64,000 nt of DNA from an uncultured delta proteobacterium (GTDB lineage: Bacteria > Desulfobacterota > BSN033 > UBA1163), in contig CAWEAV010000080.1 of the NCBI GenBank assembly GCA_963806715.1, positions 1,501-65,500 on the forward strand. The letters run 5' to 3'. Shown in pieces: positions 33,024 to 41,242 of the stretch. Position 1 is the stretch's first letter, and each line of letters starts with the position of its first letter. Made by a program: the position numbers and the translations under genes. The notes beneath the pieces are model-generated. The model searched no databases. It saw only the letters and a list, made by a program, of their open reading frames with translations, and was not told the DNA's origin.

Positions 33024-33491
33024 ATGGAATCTAAATGGGAACCGAAAATTTTGGCTTTTCTCTGTAACTGGTGCTCTTACGCAGGAGCAGACCTTGCAGG
33101 GACTTCGAGGATCCAGTATCCGCCGAACATCCGGGTGATCCGGGTCCCCTGCTCCGGAAGGATCAATCCCCTCTTCATCCTCAAGGCCTTAAGGAGCGGG
33201 ATCGATGGCGTTCTGGTCTCCGGTTGTCATCCCGGGGATTGCCACTACCTCAGTGGAAACTACGTTGGCAGAAGAAAGTCAGCGACCCTGAAGCGTTTTC
33301 TTGAATACCTGGGCATTGAGGAAGGCCGGGTCCAGTTCTCCTGGGTCTCTGCTGCAGAAGGGATCAAGTTCTCCCAGGTGATCGATGAGGTCACCCAGGA
33401 CATAAAGAAATTGGGCCCCCAAAAGCAATTCATTGAAGAAAAGGATTCAAAGGGTCCAAGTGGTCAAGGGTTCAGAGTTAAAAGTATCTGA
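33024..33491 (+). CDS. mvhD: MvhD/FlxD-like [2Fe-2S] hydrogenase delta-subunit family protein
   Basis: KILAFLCNWCSYAGADLAG...IRVPCSGRINP...LVSGCHPGDCHY is the MvhD/FlpD signature. The 155-aa ORF is uninterrupted. Confidence 0.85.
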   Translation: MESKWEPKILAFLCNWCSYAGADLAGTSRIQYPPNIRVIRVPCSGRINPLFILKALRSGIDGVLVSGCHPGDCHYLSGNYVGRRKSATLKRFLEYLGIEEGRVQFSWVSAAEGIKFSQVIDEVTQDIKKLGPQKQFIEEKDSKGPSGQGFRVKSI

Positions 33492-33548
33492 ATCTAAAGG
33501 CCTTGAACTCCTGAACCTGGAATCCTTGAACCCTTTCAGGAATTGAAT

Positions 33549-34495
33549 ATGGTTCAAAAAGAATTAGAGAAGAAGCCAAAAAGCTCCTCGCAAATAAAGA
33601 AGTCGATGTCATCGTTGGTTTTGGCGAAGGAACTCTTCCCCTCCGGGCCACGCCTATCTTTGTCCGGAACCCCGAGGAGGTCGACCGCCTCATCTGGAAC
33701 TCCTTCTGTGAAAACAATCTGGCCACTTATCTTCACAAGCTGGAGCGATTTAAGGTGGGGCTTGTCGTCAAGGGGTGTGATGCCCGCTCCGTCATTGCCC
33801 TTTCTCTCGAAGAAAGGTTCAGAAATAATCCCGTCTATCTCATTGGTGTTCCCTGCCAGAGAATGGTGGACCGGAGGAAGGTAAAAAAGGCCGTTAAGAA
33901 AGAGATTCTGAAGGCTGACTGAGGAAGGGGATCAGATCATCGTTTCAGGAGACGGCTTTGAGATCGCTCTGAAGAGAGAAGATTTTCTTATATCCTTCCT
34001 GTCAGGTCTGTACCCATCGAAACCCGGCACAAGCCAATGTACTCGTTGCCGATCCCGTTGAGGAGAAAGCCCTCGTCGAGAATCATCCGGAGTGGAGGCC
34101 TTTGAAAAGATGAGCCCCCAGGAGCGTTGGGAGTTTTTTGAGAAAGAGGCGAGCCGCTGCATCCGATGCTATGCCTGCAGGGAAGCCTGCCCCATGTGCT
34201 ACTGTAAAGAGTGCTTCGTTGACAGCTCCAGGCCCAAATGGATCGAGAAGGGTCTCGAACCCGAAGGACCTCCAATTCTATCATATCGTCAGAGCCTACC
34301 ATCAGACAGGAAGGTGTTCGGCCTGTGGGGCGTGTGAACGGGCCTGCCCCATGGAGATCAAGCTCAATTATATGACCCAGAAACTGAACCAGGATGTCAG
34401 AGGACCTTTACGGGTTTGAGACCGGAGTGGATCGGGATACCCCTCCTCCCCTTTCGACCTTTGAGACAGAGGATAAACAGGAATTCATCAAATGA
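33549..34495 (+). pseudogene. FlxC-like iron-sulfur protein, several frame interruptions
   Basis: - Readable segments: VDVIVGFGEGTLPLRATPIFV...VGLVVKGCDARS...LIGVPCQ, CIRCYACREACPMCYC and CSACGACERACP.
- The position between mvhD and the flxB-like gene matches the flx cluster order.
- The stop overlaps the next ATG (AAATGA at 34490-34495). Confidence 0.5.
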
Positions 34496-35537
34496 AGTTG
34501 AGACTCGATAAAAAAGATTTCTTGCCTTTCCTTCAAAGCCTGATCGATCATTACGATCTCTTTGCCCCTGTCGAACTGGCGGAAGGGGTTTCGGCCTATA
34601 GAAGGATCGATCGGCCTGAAGAAGTCAATTTCAAGGTCCTGAATCCGCAGAAACCCCTGAAGGAGGTCTTCTTCCCCCAGACCGAGGTCATGTTCTCCTA
34701 TCAGAAGGCTGGGAAAAAGAATCAGGTGATCCCCCTGAAGGAGATCGAAAAGAGAACGGGTGATTCTCGGAGCGAGGCCGTGCGACATCGAGGCCATCTC
34801 CCTCATTGAGGGTGTCTATTGCGGCAAAGAATATACGGACATCTATTTTCAGAATAAGAGAAAGGCGACCACGATCATTGGGATGGCCTGTCGACACTCC
34901 CCTATCCACCTGTTTCTGTTCCTCAACCGGGGGAGGTCCCTTTATCCGAAAGGGCTCTGATATCTTCCTCATCGATCTAGGCGAGGCCTATCTCGTAGAG
35001 CTGGCTCACGGAAAATGGCAAACGGCTCCAGAGGAATCAATATTTTAAGGAGGCTTCTTCAAGGGATATAGCGCTGGCTGAAGAGGCAGAGAAGAAGGCC
35101 TCGAAGAAGATGGAATCCTCGGCCGCTCATAGCCTTCCAATCGAAGGGATCGAGAAGAGACTGGACGTCCTGGTGGAGTCTCCCTTCTGGGACAGGATCC
35201 ATGAGAAATGCATCGGGTGCAGCACCTGCACTTTTCTCTGCCCCACTTGCCACTGTTTCGATATCGCGGATGAAGCCTCTGGAGATAAGGGACAACGTGT
35301 TCGGAATTGGGACTCATGCCTTTCCACCCTCTATTCCCTGGAGACATCCGGACATAATCCCCGGCCAACCGGCAAGGGAACGGACCCGGCAGAGGATCAT
35401 GCATAAATTGAATTATTTCCCGAAGACTCTTCGGAAAGATCGCCTGTGTGGGTTGCGGACGGTGCATTCTTTATTGTCCTGTCAATTTCGACATCCGCCA
35501 GACGATCGAAGAGATCCAAAATGCGAAAGAATCATAA
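34492..35537 (+). pseudogene. FlxB-like / sulfhydrogenase-beta / AsrA-like iron-sulfur protein, several frame interruptions
   Basis: Readable segments: ILGARPCDIEAISL, GMAC...CFCSSTGGGP, EKCIGCSTCTFLCPTCHCFD and CVGCGRCILYCPVN. Confidence 0.6.
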
Positions 35538-35603
35538 CCAATTTCCAAGCATCACTAACTAAATAAGCTCCAATGAACAATATTCAAACTTGGTAACCTC
35601 TCG

Positions 35604-35662
35604 GTCATTGTCATTTGGTTATTGAAAGTTATTTGGGATATGGAATTTGGTCATTGGAATTT
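35604..35662. repeat. AT-rich TTTGG-type intergenic spacer repeat (copy B)
   Basis: GTCATTTGGTTA (35610-35621) equals 32943-32954. TTTGGTCATTG (35646-35656) equals the reverse complement of 47728-47738. Confidence 0.45.
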
Positions 35663-35668
35663 ACTCTT

Positions 35669-36502
35669 ATGAAAAACCCTTATCTTCCTATTCCCATGGT
35701 GGTTAAAAAGGCTTCCATGTCGAAACAATGGACCGGATGCTCCGGACCCTTGAATTGAGTTTTGTTAAGGAAGAAGATGAGAAGGCCTTCCACTATACCC
35801 CGGGCCAATTCTGCGAGCTCTCCGTCCTTGGAAAAGGAGAGGCTCCCTTCGGGATCGCTTCTTCGCCAACGGAAAAGGGCTCTTTAAAATTCACCATCAA
35901 TAAGGCTGGAGTTGTTACCACTGCCATTCATCAGCTTGAAGAGGGTGAGGAGATCGGGATTCGAGGCCCTCTGGGCAATTCCTATCCCCTCCATCTCTTT
36001 GAAGGGAAAAATGTGTTGGTGATCGGCGGCGGATTCGCCTTTACGACCCTCCGATCTCTCATTGTCTATCTCTCCCATCCGGATCACCGAAACAGATTCA
36101 AAGAGATCACGGTCATCTACGGAGCGAGGATGCCGGGCCTTCTCCTCTATAAAGAAGAACTCGCGGAGTGGCAGAAACGGGGCGATATCAAAATCGTGGT
36201 AACCGTGGACCAGGGAGATAAGGACTGGGACGGGAAAGGTCGGGCTTGTCCCGAATGTCCTGGAGGAGGTCGCTCCCACATCCGAAAACACCTATGCCGT
36301 AATCTGCGGGCCTCCCATCATGATCAAGTTCACCTTTCCCAAGCTGATGGCCCTTCGATTCCCCAATGAGCGGATCTACACCTCCCTCGAAAAGAGGATG
36401 AAGTGCGGCATCGGGAAATGTGGCAGATGCAACATTGGACACCTCTACGTTTGCAAGGATGGCCCTGTATTCAGCTATGAACAACTTGGAAAAATTGCCT
36501 AA
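35669..36502 (+). pseudogene. FlxA-like FAD/NAD(P)H-binding oxidoreductase (PyrK/AsrB/sulfhydrogenase-gamma family), two frame interruptions
   Basis: It has the ferredoxin-reductase-type pattern YTPGQFCEL...APFGIASSP, VLVIGGGFAFTTLRS and the C-terminal 2Fe-2S motif CGIGKCGRCNIG. The frame switches near 35715 and 36240. Confidence 0.7.
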
Positions 36503-36622
36503 GGATTATTAGGACTTTCAACATTGGAATATTGGAATAGTGGAACAACAATCCAACCTTCCAGTATGCCAACATTCCATCATCAAGGTGAGGCTGTAAC
36601 TTAAAAGAAGGGAGAAGAGATA

Positions 36623-39202
36623 ATGGATTACATCAAAGCATTAATCGAAATCGTGGGCGAAAAGAATGTGAAGACCGATCAGATCGAGCGGCTCTGCCAT
36701 TCCCGGGACATGTCTGTCCATGAAGGGATTCCGGATGCCATCGTTTTCGCCAAGACCACGGAGGAGGTCTCAAAAATTCTCAAACTGGCCAATGAGAATG
36801 ACATCAAGGTCATTCCTCGCGGTTCAGGGACAAGCACAACCGGAGCCGTCCTCGCCTGTTTTGGGGGTATCATCCTCGATGTGAGCCGGATGAATAAGAT
36901 CAAAGAGATTCAAAAGAAGGATGGTTACGCGGTGGTTGAACCCGGTGTCATCTGCGCAACCCTTAATGCTGCTCTTGCTCCCACCCACTTCTTCCCACCT
37001 GACCCTGGCAGTGCAACCATCGCCTCTATCGGCGGGATGGTCTCAACGAATGCCAGCGGAAACCGTGCCATCAAATACGGCGCAACCAAAGACTACATAT
37101 GGGGGCTGGAAGTCGTTCTGGCTGATGGAAGGGTGATGAGGACAGGTTCAACAGCGCCCAAGACCTCTTCGGGATACGATCTCGCTCACCTCTTCTGCCG
37201 GGCAGAAGGGACCCTTGGAGTCATCACGGAGATTACGGTAAAAATCCTCCCCATGCCCGAATATATTGCCTATGCCCAGTTGAGGTTCCCTTCGATTGAG
37301 GACGCAGGCAAGGCTGCCGAAGGGATCCTCGGCTCCGGCATTCCCCTCTCCTCCTGTGAGATTCTGGACCGGGCCTGCATCGACGTGGTCAACAAGGCCA
37401 TGGGCCTCAATGTTCCGGACAATGTGGAGTGTCTTCTTTTCATCGAGATCGATGGAAACAAGCAGGCCGTGAAGGAGAACATCGAGAAGATCGAAAAGAT
37501 CTCAAAAGAGTGCAATGGTCTCGGCAATGAATGGGATGACGATCCTTCCCGGCGCCTGAAGATGTGGGCAGGCCGCCAGGGTCTTGTTCCCTCTCTTTCC
37601 AAGATCAAGAGGGGAGCAAAGCTGATTCCTTTTGTCGAGGATTTCGGAGTTTCTATTTCCAAGATTCCAGAGATGATACGGGAACTCCAGAAACTCCGTG
37701 ATAAACACAACTTCCCCATTCCTATCTTCGGTCATATCGGTGACGGGAACCTCCATGCCGCCCTGGTCATCGACGGCCGAAAGAAGGAGGAGTGGGATGT
37801 GGTGAAAAAGATCGCCCAGGATTTTGTCGATCTCACCATGAAATTCAAGGGAACCCTGACCGCAGAACATGGCATCGGTGTGGCCAAGGCCCCTTACATC
37901 CGCGAAGAGCTCGGGTTGAGTCTTGATGTGATGAAGTCGATCAAAAAATCCCTCGACCCAAAGAACATCTTGAACCCCGGTAAAATGGGTCTTGACGATA
38001 GCGTAAAAGATATCTATGACTTCTTCACCTATAAAGAATTCATTGAGACACCCGAAAAGATCAAGCGCTTCGATACGGCAGTGGACAACGAGATCTTTGC
38101 CTGCATCAATTGCGGCTTTTGCCGCGCGGGGTGCACGGTATATGCGCGGACCGGGTTGGAATCGGAGAACGCCAGGGGAAGGGTGATTCAGGCTTACTAT
38201 ATGATGAAGGGTGTACTGGAACCCTCCAAGGAGGTGGCGGACAAATTCTACCTCTGCACCACCTGTCTCAACTGCAAGTCCACCTGCCCTGCCGGGGTCA
38301 TGGTCTCTGAGATTGTGGAAGCGGGCCGGCGTAAATTGGTCGAGGCAGGATATTGTCCGGAAATTCATAAAACACTGATCGAGAATCTGAAGGCCACCGG
38401 AAATCCCTTTGGTGAATCGAAGGAGAAGAGGACAGATGTCTTCCCATCCTCATTTAAGCCCAAGAAGGGACCGGTCGATACCCTCCTCTTCACAGGGTGC
38501 GTCTCTTCCTATCAGGACATTAACATCGTTCCCAGCATCATGAAGATCATGGACACGGCTGGAGCCGATTACACAGCCCTGGGAAAAGACGAGAATTGCT
38601 GCGGATATATCTCTTACCTGGTCGGAACAAAAGAATTCGTGGACATAGCTGAAAAGAATAAGGAGGCCTTCGCAAAGGTTCAACCGAAACAGATCGTAAC
38701 CACCTGTGCAGGCTGTTATAAAACATTCAAGGAACTCTATCCCAAACATGTCCCCCTTAATGGCGTCAAAATAGTCCATGCCATCGAATACATCGATCAA
38801 CTCGTCGAAAGTGGAAAAGTGAAATTCAAAGATGGAACGCCCATGAAGGTGGCCTACCATGATCCCTGCGACTTGGGTCGTCATCTCAATATCTTTGAAC
38901 CCCCCAGAAATCTCCTCAAGAAGGTCCCTGGAGTGACCCTGATTGAATTCAAGAACAACCGGCTCCTGGCAAAATGCTGCGGAGGTGGAGGCGGCCTGAA
39001 GGCATTCAACAATGAACTCTCAGGCGAGATTGCCTATCACCGGGCCCTGGAGGCCCTCGATGTCGGAGCGGATACGATTGTCTCGGCCTGCCCGGCCTGT
39101 AAATCGAATTTGAACCTGGCTGCTGCAAAGATTCGAAAGGAAAAGAAAGGCCGCTTAAGAGTGATGGACCTTTCAGAATTGGTAGCCGAATCACTCGCCT
39201 AA
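36623..39202 (+). CDS. FAD-linked oxidase (GlcD/D-lactate dehydrogenase-like) fused to a 2x[4Fe-4S] plus double-CCG (GlcF/HdrD-like) domain
   Basis: - Uninterrupted 859-aa ORF.
- N-terminal FAD_binding_4-like region (IPRGSGTSTTGA) and a GTLTAEHGIGVAK C-terminal oxidase motif.
- These are followed by CINCGFCRAGC, CTTCLNCKSTCP, ENCCGY and AKCCGGGGG. Confidence 0.85.
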   Translation: MDYIKALIEIVGEKNVKTDQIERLCHSRDMSVHEGIPDAIVFAKTTEEVSKILKLANENDIKVIPRGSGTSTTGAVLACFGGIILDVSRMNKIKEIQKKDGYAVVEPGVICATLNAALAPTHFFPPDPGSATIASIGGMVSTNASGNRAIKYGATKDYIWGLEVVLADGRVMRTGSTAPKTSSGYDLAHLFCRAEGTLGVITEITVKILPMPEYIAYAQLRFPSIEDAGKAAEGILGSGIPLSSCEILDRACIDVVNKAMGLNVPDNVECLLFIEIDGNKQAVKENIEKIEKISKECNGLGNEWDDDPSRRLKMWAGRQGLVPSLSKIKRGAKLIPFVEDFGVSISKIPEMIRELQKLRDKHNFPIPIFGHIGDGNLHAALVIDGRKKEEWDVVKKIAQDFVDLTMKFKGTLTAEHGIGVAKAPYIREELGLSLDVMKSIKKSLDPKNILNPGKMGLDDSVKDIYDFFTYKEFIETPEKIKRFDTAVDNEIFACINCGFCRAGCTVYARTGLESENARGRVIQAYYMMKGVLEPSKEVADKFYLCTTCLNCKSTCPAGVMVSEIVEAGRRKLVEAGYCPEIHKTLIENLKATGNPFGESKEKRTDVFPSSFKPKKGPVDTLLFTGCVSSYQDINIVPSIMKIMDTAGADYTALGKDENCCGYISYLVGTKEFVDIAEKNKEAFAKVQPKQIVTTCAGCYKTFKELYPKHVPLNGVKIVHAIEYIDQLVESGKVKFKDGTPMKVAYHDPCDLGRHLNIFEPPRNLLKKVPGVTLIEFKNNRLLAKCCGGGGGLKAFNNELSGEIAYHRALEALDVGADTIVSACPACKSNLNLAAAKIRKEKKGRLRVMDLSELVAESLA

Positions 39203-39213
39203 AACCGCATAGC

Positions 39214-39254
39214 CCCCTCACCCTTTCCCTCTCCCCGTTGGGTGGGGTGAGGGG
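39214..39254. repeat. GC-rich hairpin of the CCCTCACCC family
   Basis: CCCCTCACCC (39214-39223) pairs perfectly with GGGTGAGGGG (39245-39254). The 9-mer CCCTCACCC recurs at 47902-47910 and 57252-57260. Confidence 0.55.
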
Positions 39255-39273
39255 AATAGTCGCGTCGCATAAA

Positions 39274-39311
39274 GAAAGGCTTCTCTCAAATTGGGAGAAG
39301 CCTTTCTTATT
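39274..39311. terminator. Bidirectional rho-independent terminator between convergent genes
   Basis: The stem is GAAAGGCTTCTC / GAGAAGCCTTTC, with T-rich flanks on both strands. Confidence 0.55.
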
Positions 39312-39427
39312 CAATCATCACACTATAATTCGTCACTCCGAATCCCGCCATGGCGGGATTTCAGGGTCTCGTTTTTGTGGAATTTCGGATTTCATTATTG
39401 AATGTTTTTACGCCATGCACTTTGCTC

Positions 39428-39973
39428 TTAAATCATGAGGTATTCTTCCCAGATCTCCCTCATCTTTTTAAACATCTCACGCAACTCGTAAAGGAGCGTC
39501 ATTTCATCGACATAATCGCTGACGGATGCCGCTCCTAATGTTTCGATGAATCGTTCGCATCGGGTTTGAGAAACGGCGTGAAGCCGGTCACACCCGATGG
39601 CTCTGGCTCGACTCTTTCCCATGGGAAAGTTTTCATGGGGATTAAGCTCCCAATCATAATATCGCAAATGACCACAGCGAAGGCAGGGATTTCCCCTGTG
39701 CTGAACGGTCCGCTCGATTTGCTCATCCACGGTTTCTCGGAACATCTTCTTGATTAAGGTCGTCCTCTCCTTTTGAGCCAACGATTGAGTTAGATCGATC
39801 ACCTCCTTTTTTGATTCCTTGACCGAAATGGAAAGCTCCTCCAAGATAAAGAAAGGGCTATGGACCCGGCCAAGTTGCAATAATCGAATCTCCTGACCGA
39901 CCAGATACTCGACCGCCAATTTCAATGCTTCTTTCATTTCTTTCTGATGAGGTGTTTTTCTATTTGATCCCAT
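39428..39973 (-). CDS. Hypothetical Cys-containing protein (CxxC plus two distal Cys)
   Basis: 181-aa ORF with no domain that I recognise. The segment NPCLRCGHLRYYDW...IGCDRL...TRCERF suggests a metal site. Confidence 0.45.
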   Translation of the reverse strand: MGSNRKTPHQKEMKEALKLAVEYLVGQEIRLLQLGRVHSPFFILEELSISVKESKKEVIDLTQSLAQKERTTLIKKMFRETVDEQIERTVQHRGNPCLRCGHLRYYDWELNPHENFPMGKSRARAIGCDRLHAVSQTRCERFIETLGAASVSDYVDEMTLLYELREMFKKMREIWEEYLMI

Positions 39974-40034
39974 GACACTTTATTACCAAAAAGAAGGCTT
40001 CTTTGCAAGAGGGAAATACATTGTTCTCTTTTCT

Positions 40035-41231
40035 TCAATTTTCTTCCCACCCCTCTTCATACCGGTCCATCCTGAAATGCTGGAGCAATTGATGAAATTC
40101 CTCGGTATGGAGGGGATTATTGGCCATTCCAAAGAGGTGGGTCTTGCACGAACAGTCTGAGCAGCCAAAGCCGGAAATGCTCCATTCGGCGATTCGTGAC
40201 ATAGCCTGGGCAATACCGCATTCAAGCCTGTCTGAAGAACGGATGGCCAGGACAGAATGAAACTCAGCCACAGCCCTCAGATCATCGATGTGCCAGTGGT
40301 GCTGTTTTCTCAATCGTTTGTGGCGTTCTATTCTTTTTGAAAGGTTCGCCATCGCTGATCCCACGTAAATATAAAACCCCTTTTTAAATGGAATCTTTCC
40401 TAATATCCCAATATCGATATTTCTATTCGTTTTTAACTGAAGGATGAGAAAGTAGCTTCCTCTATCAAAGGCCTCCTTCTCAATATAGCCCCATGGAATT
40501 TGGAGGACTCTAACTTCTGAAGAAAGAGAGAGGTCCTGATTCCATTTCACAGAGAGAGGGGTGACATGAACCCTATCTCTTATTTGGAGAAGGGTCCGGG
40601 CAAAGTTTAAGTCTGTGTGATAATCGGGCATAAAGATCTGTGCAAAGGGCCAATGGACAATGAAGAGAACAAAGGTTCTTATCCCCTCTTCCGATAGCCT
40701 GGCCAGTTCTCGAAGATGGCGTGCCCCTCTTTCGGTTATGGCATCCGGAAACATGGCAACCCTTTTACCCACTAACGTACACGATTTCACTTCCAGCAGG
40801 ATATCCTGTGTGCCTTCTCGAAGTAGAAAATCGAGCCTGCTCCTTCCTACCTTCACCTCAGATCTAACAATTTGAGCCCCTTCCAGTTCTGGAACCTTCC
40901 TGTTTTGAAGAAGGAATCGGGCCACTTCATTAGTAAGATGGGTGTGAAGCATGATGGGGTAGCCATCGCGCTCCACAGCCACTGCTGTATATTGAGTTTT
41001 TCGGTCCCCAGGTTCCTCTTTCTTAATCAGATGAATCACGCAACCAGGCAACAGAAGCTCTTGTAGCCTTCCGGGGTTGGGAAGAAAGGCAGAGAGAATC
41101 CGGCCCTTCTCTTCGCACCGGATTAGAAACCGATTGGGCCGGTTTAGAAAATTTGCTCTAAAGGTCGTATCGAAAAATCTCAATGTTTTATCATCCCTTA
41201 TATCCGGTCTTATCATTGAATTTGGTTCCAA
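40035..41231 (-). CDS. sfsA: SfsA-family nuclease fused to a C-terminal DUF123 (GIY-YIG-like) domain
   Basis: - The SfsA core (SEVKVGRSRLDFLL...LLEVKSCTL...FPDAITERGARHLRELA) parallels E. coli SfsA.
- The C-terminal GFYIYVGSA...RIERH...HWHIDDL...GFGCSDCSCKTHLF matches the DUF123 signature. Confidence 0.8.
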   Translation of the reverse strand: MEPNSMIRPDIRDDKTLRFFDTTFRANFLNRPNRFLIRCEEKGRILSAFLPNPGRLQELLLPGCVIHLIKKEEPGDRKTQYTAVAVERDGYPIMLHTHLTNEVARFLLQNRKVPELEGAQIVRSEVKVGRSRLDFLLREGTQDILLEVKSCTLVGKRVAMFPDAITERGARHLRELARLSEEGIRTFVLFIVHWPFAQIFMPDYHTDLNFARTLLQIRDRVHVTPLSVKWNQDLSLSSEVRVLQIPWGYIEKEAFDRGSYFLILQLKTNRNIDIGILGKIPFKKGFYIYVGSAMANLSKRIERHKRLRKQHHWHIDDLRAVAEFHSVLAIRSSDRLECGIAQAMSRIAEWSISGFGCSDCSCKTHLFGMANNPLHTEEFHQLLQHFRMDRYEEGWEEN

Positions 41232-41242
41232 AAAATAATAGA

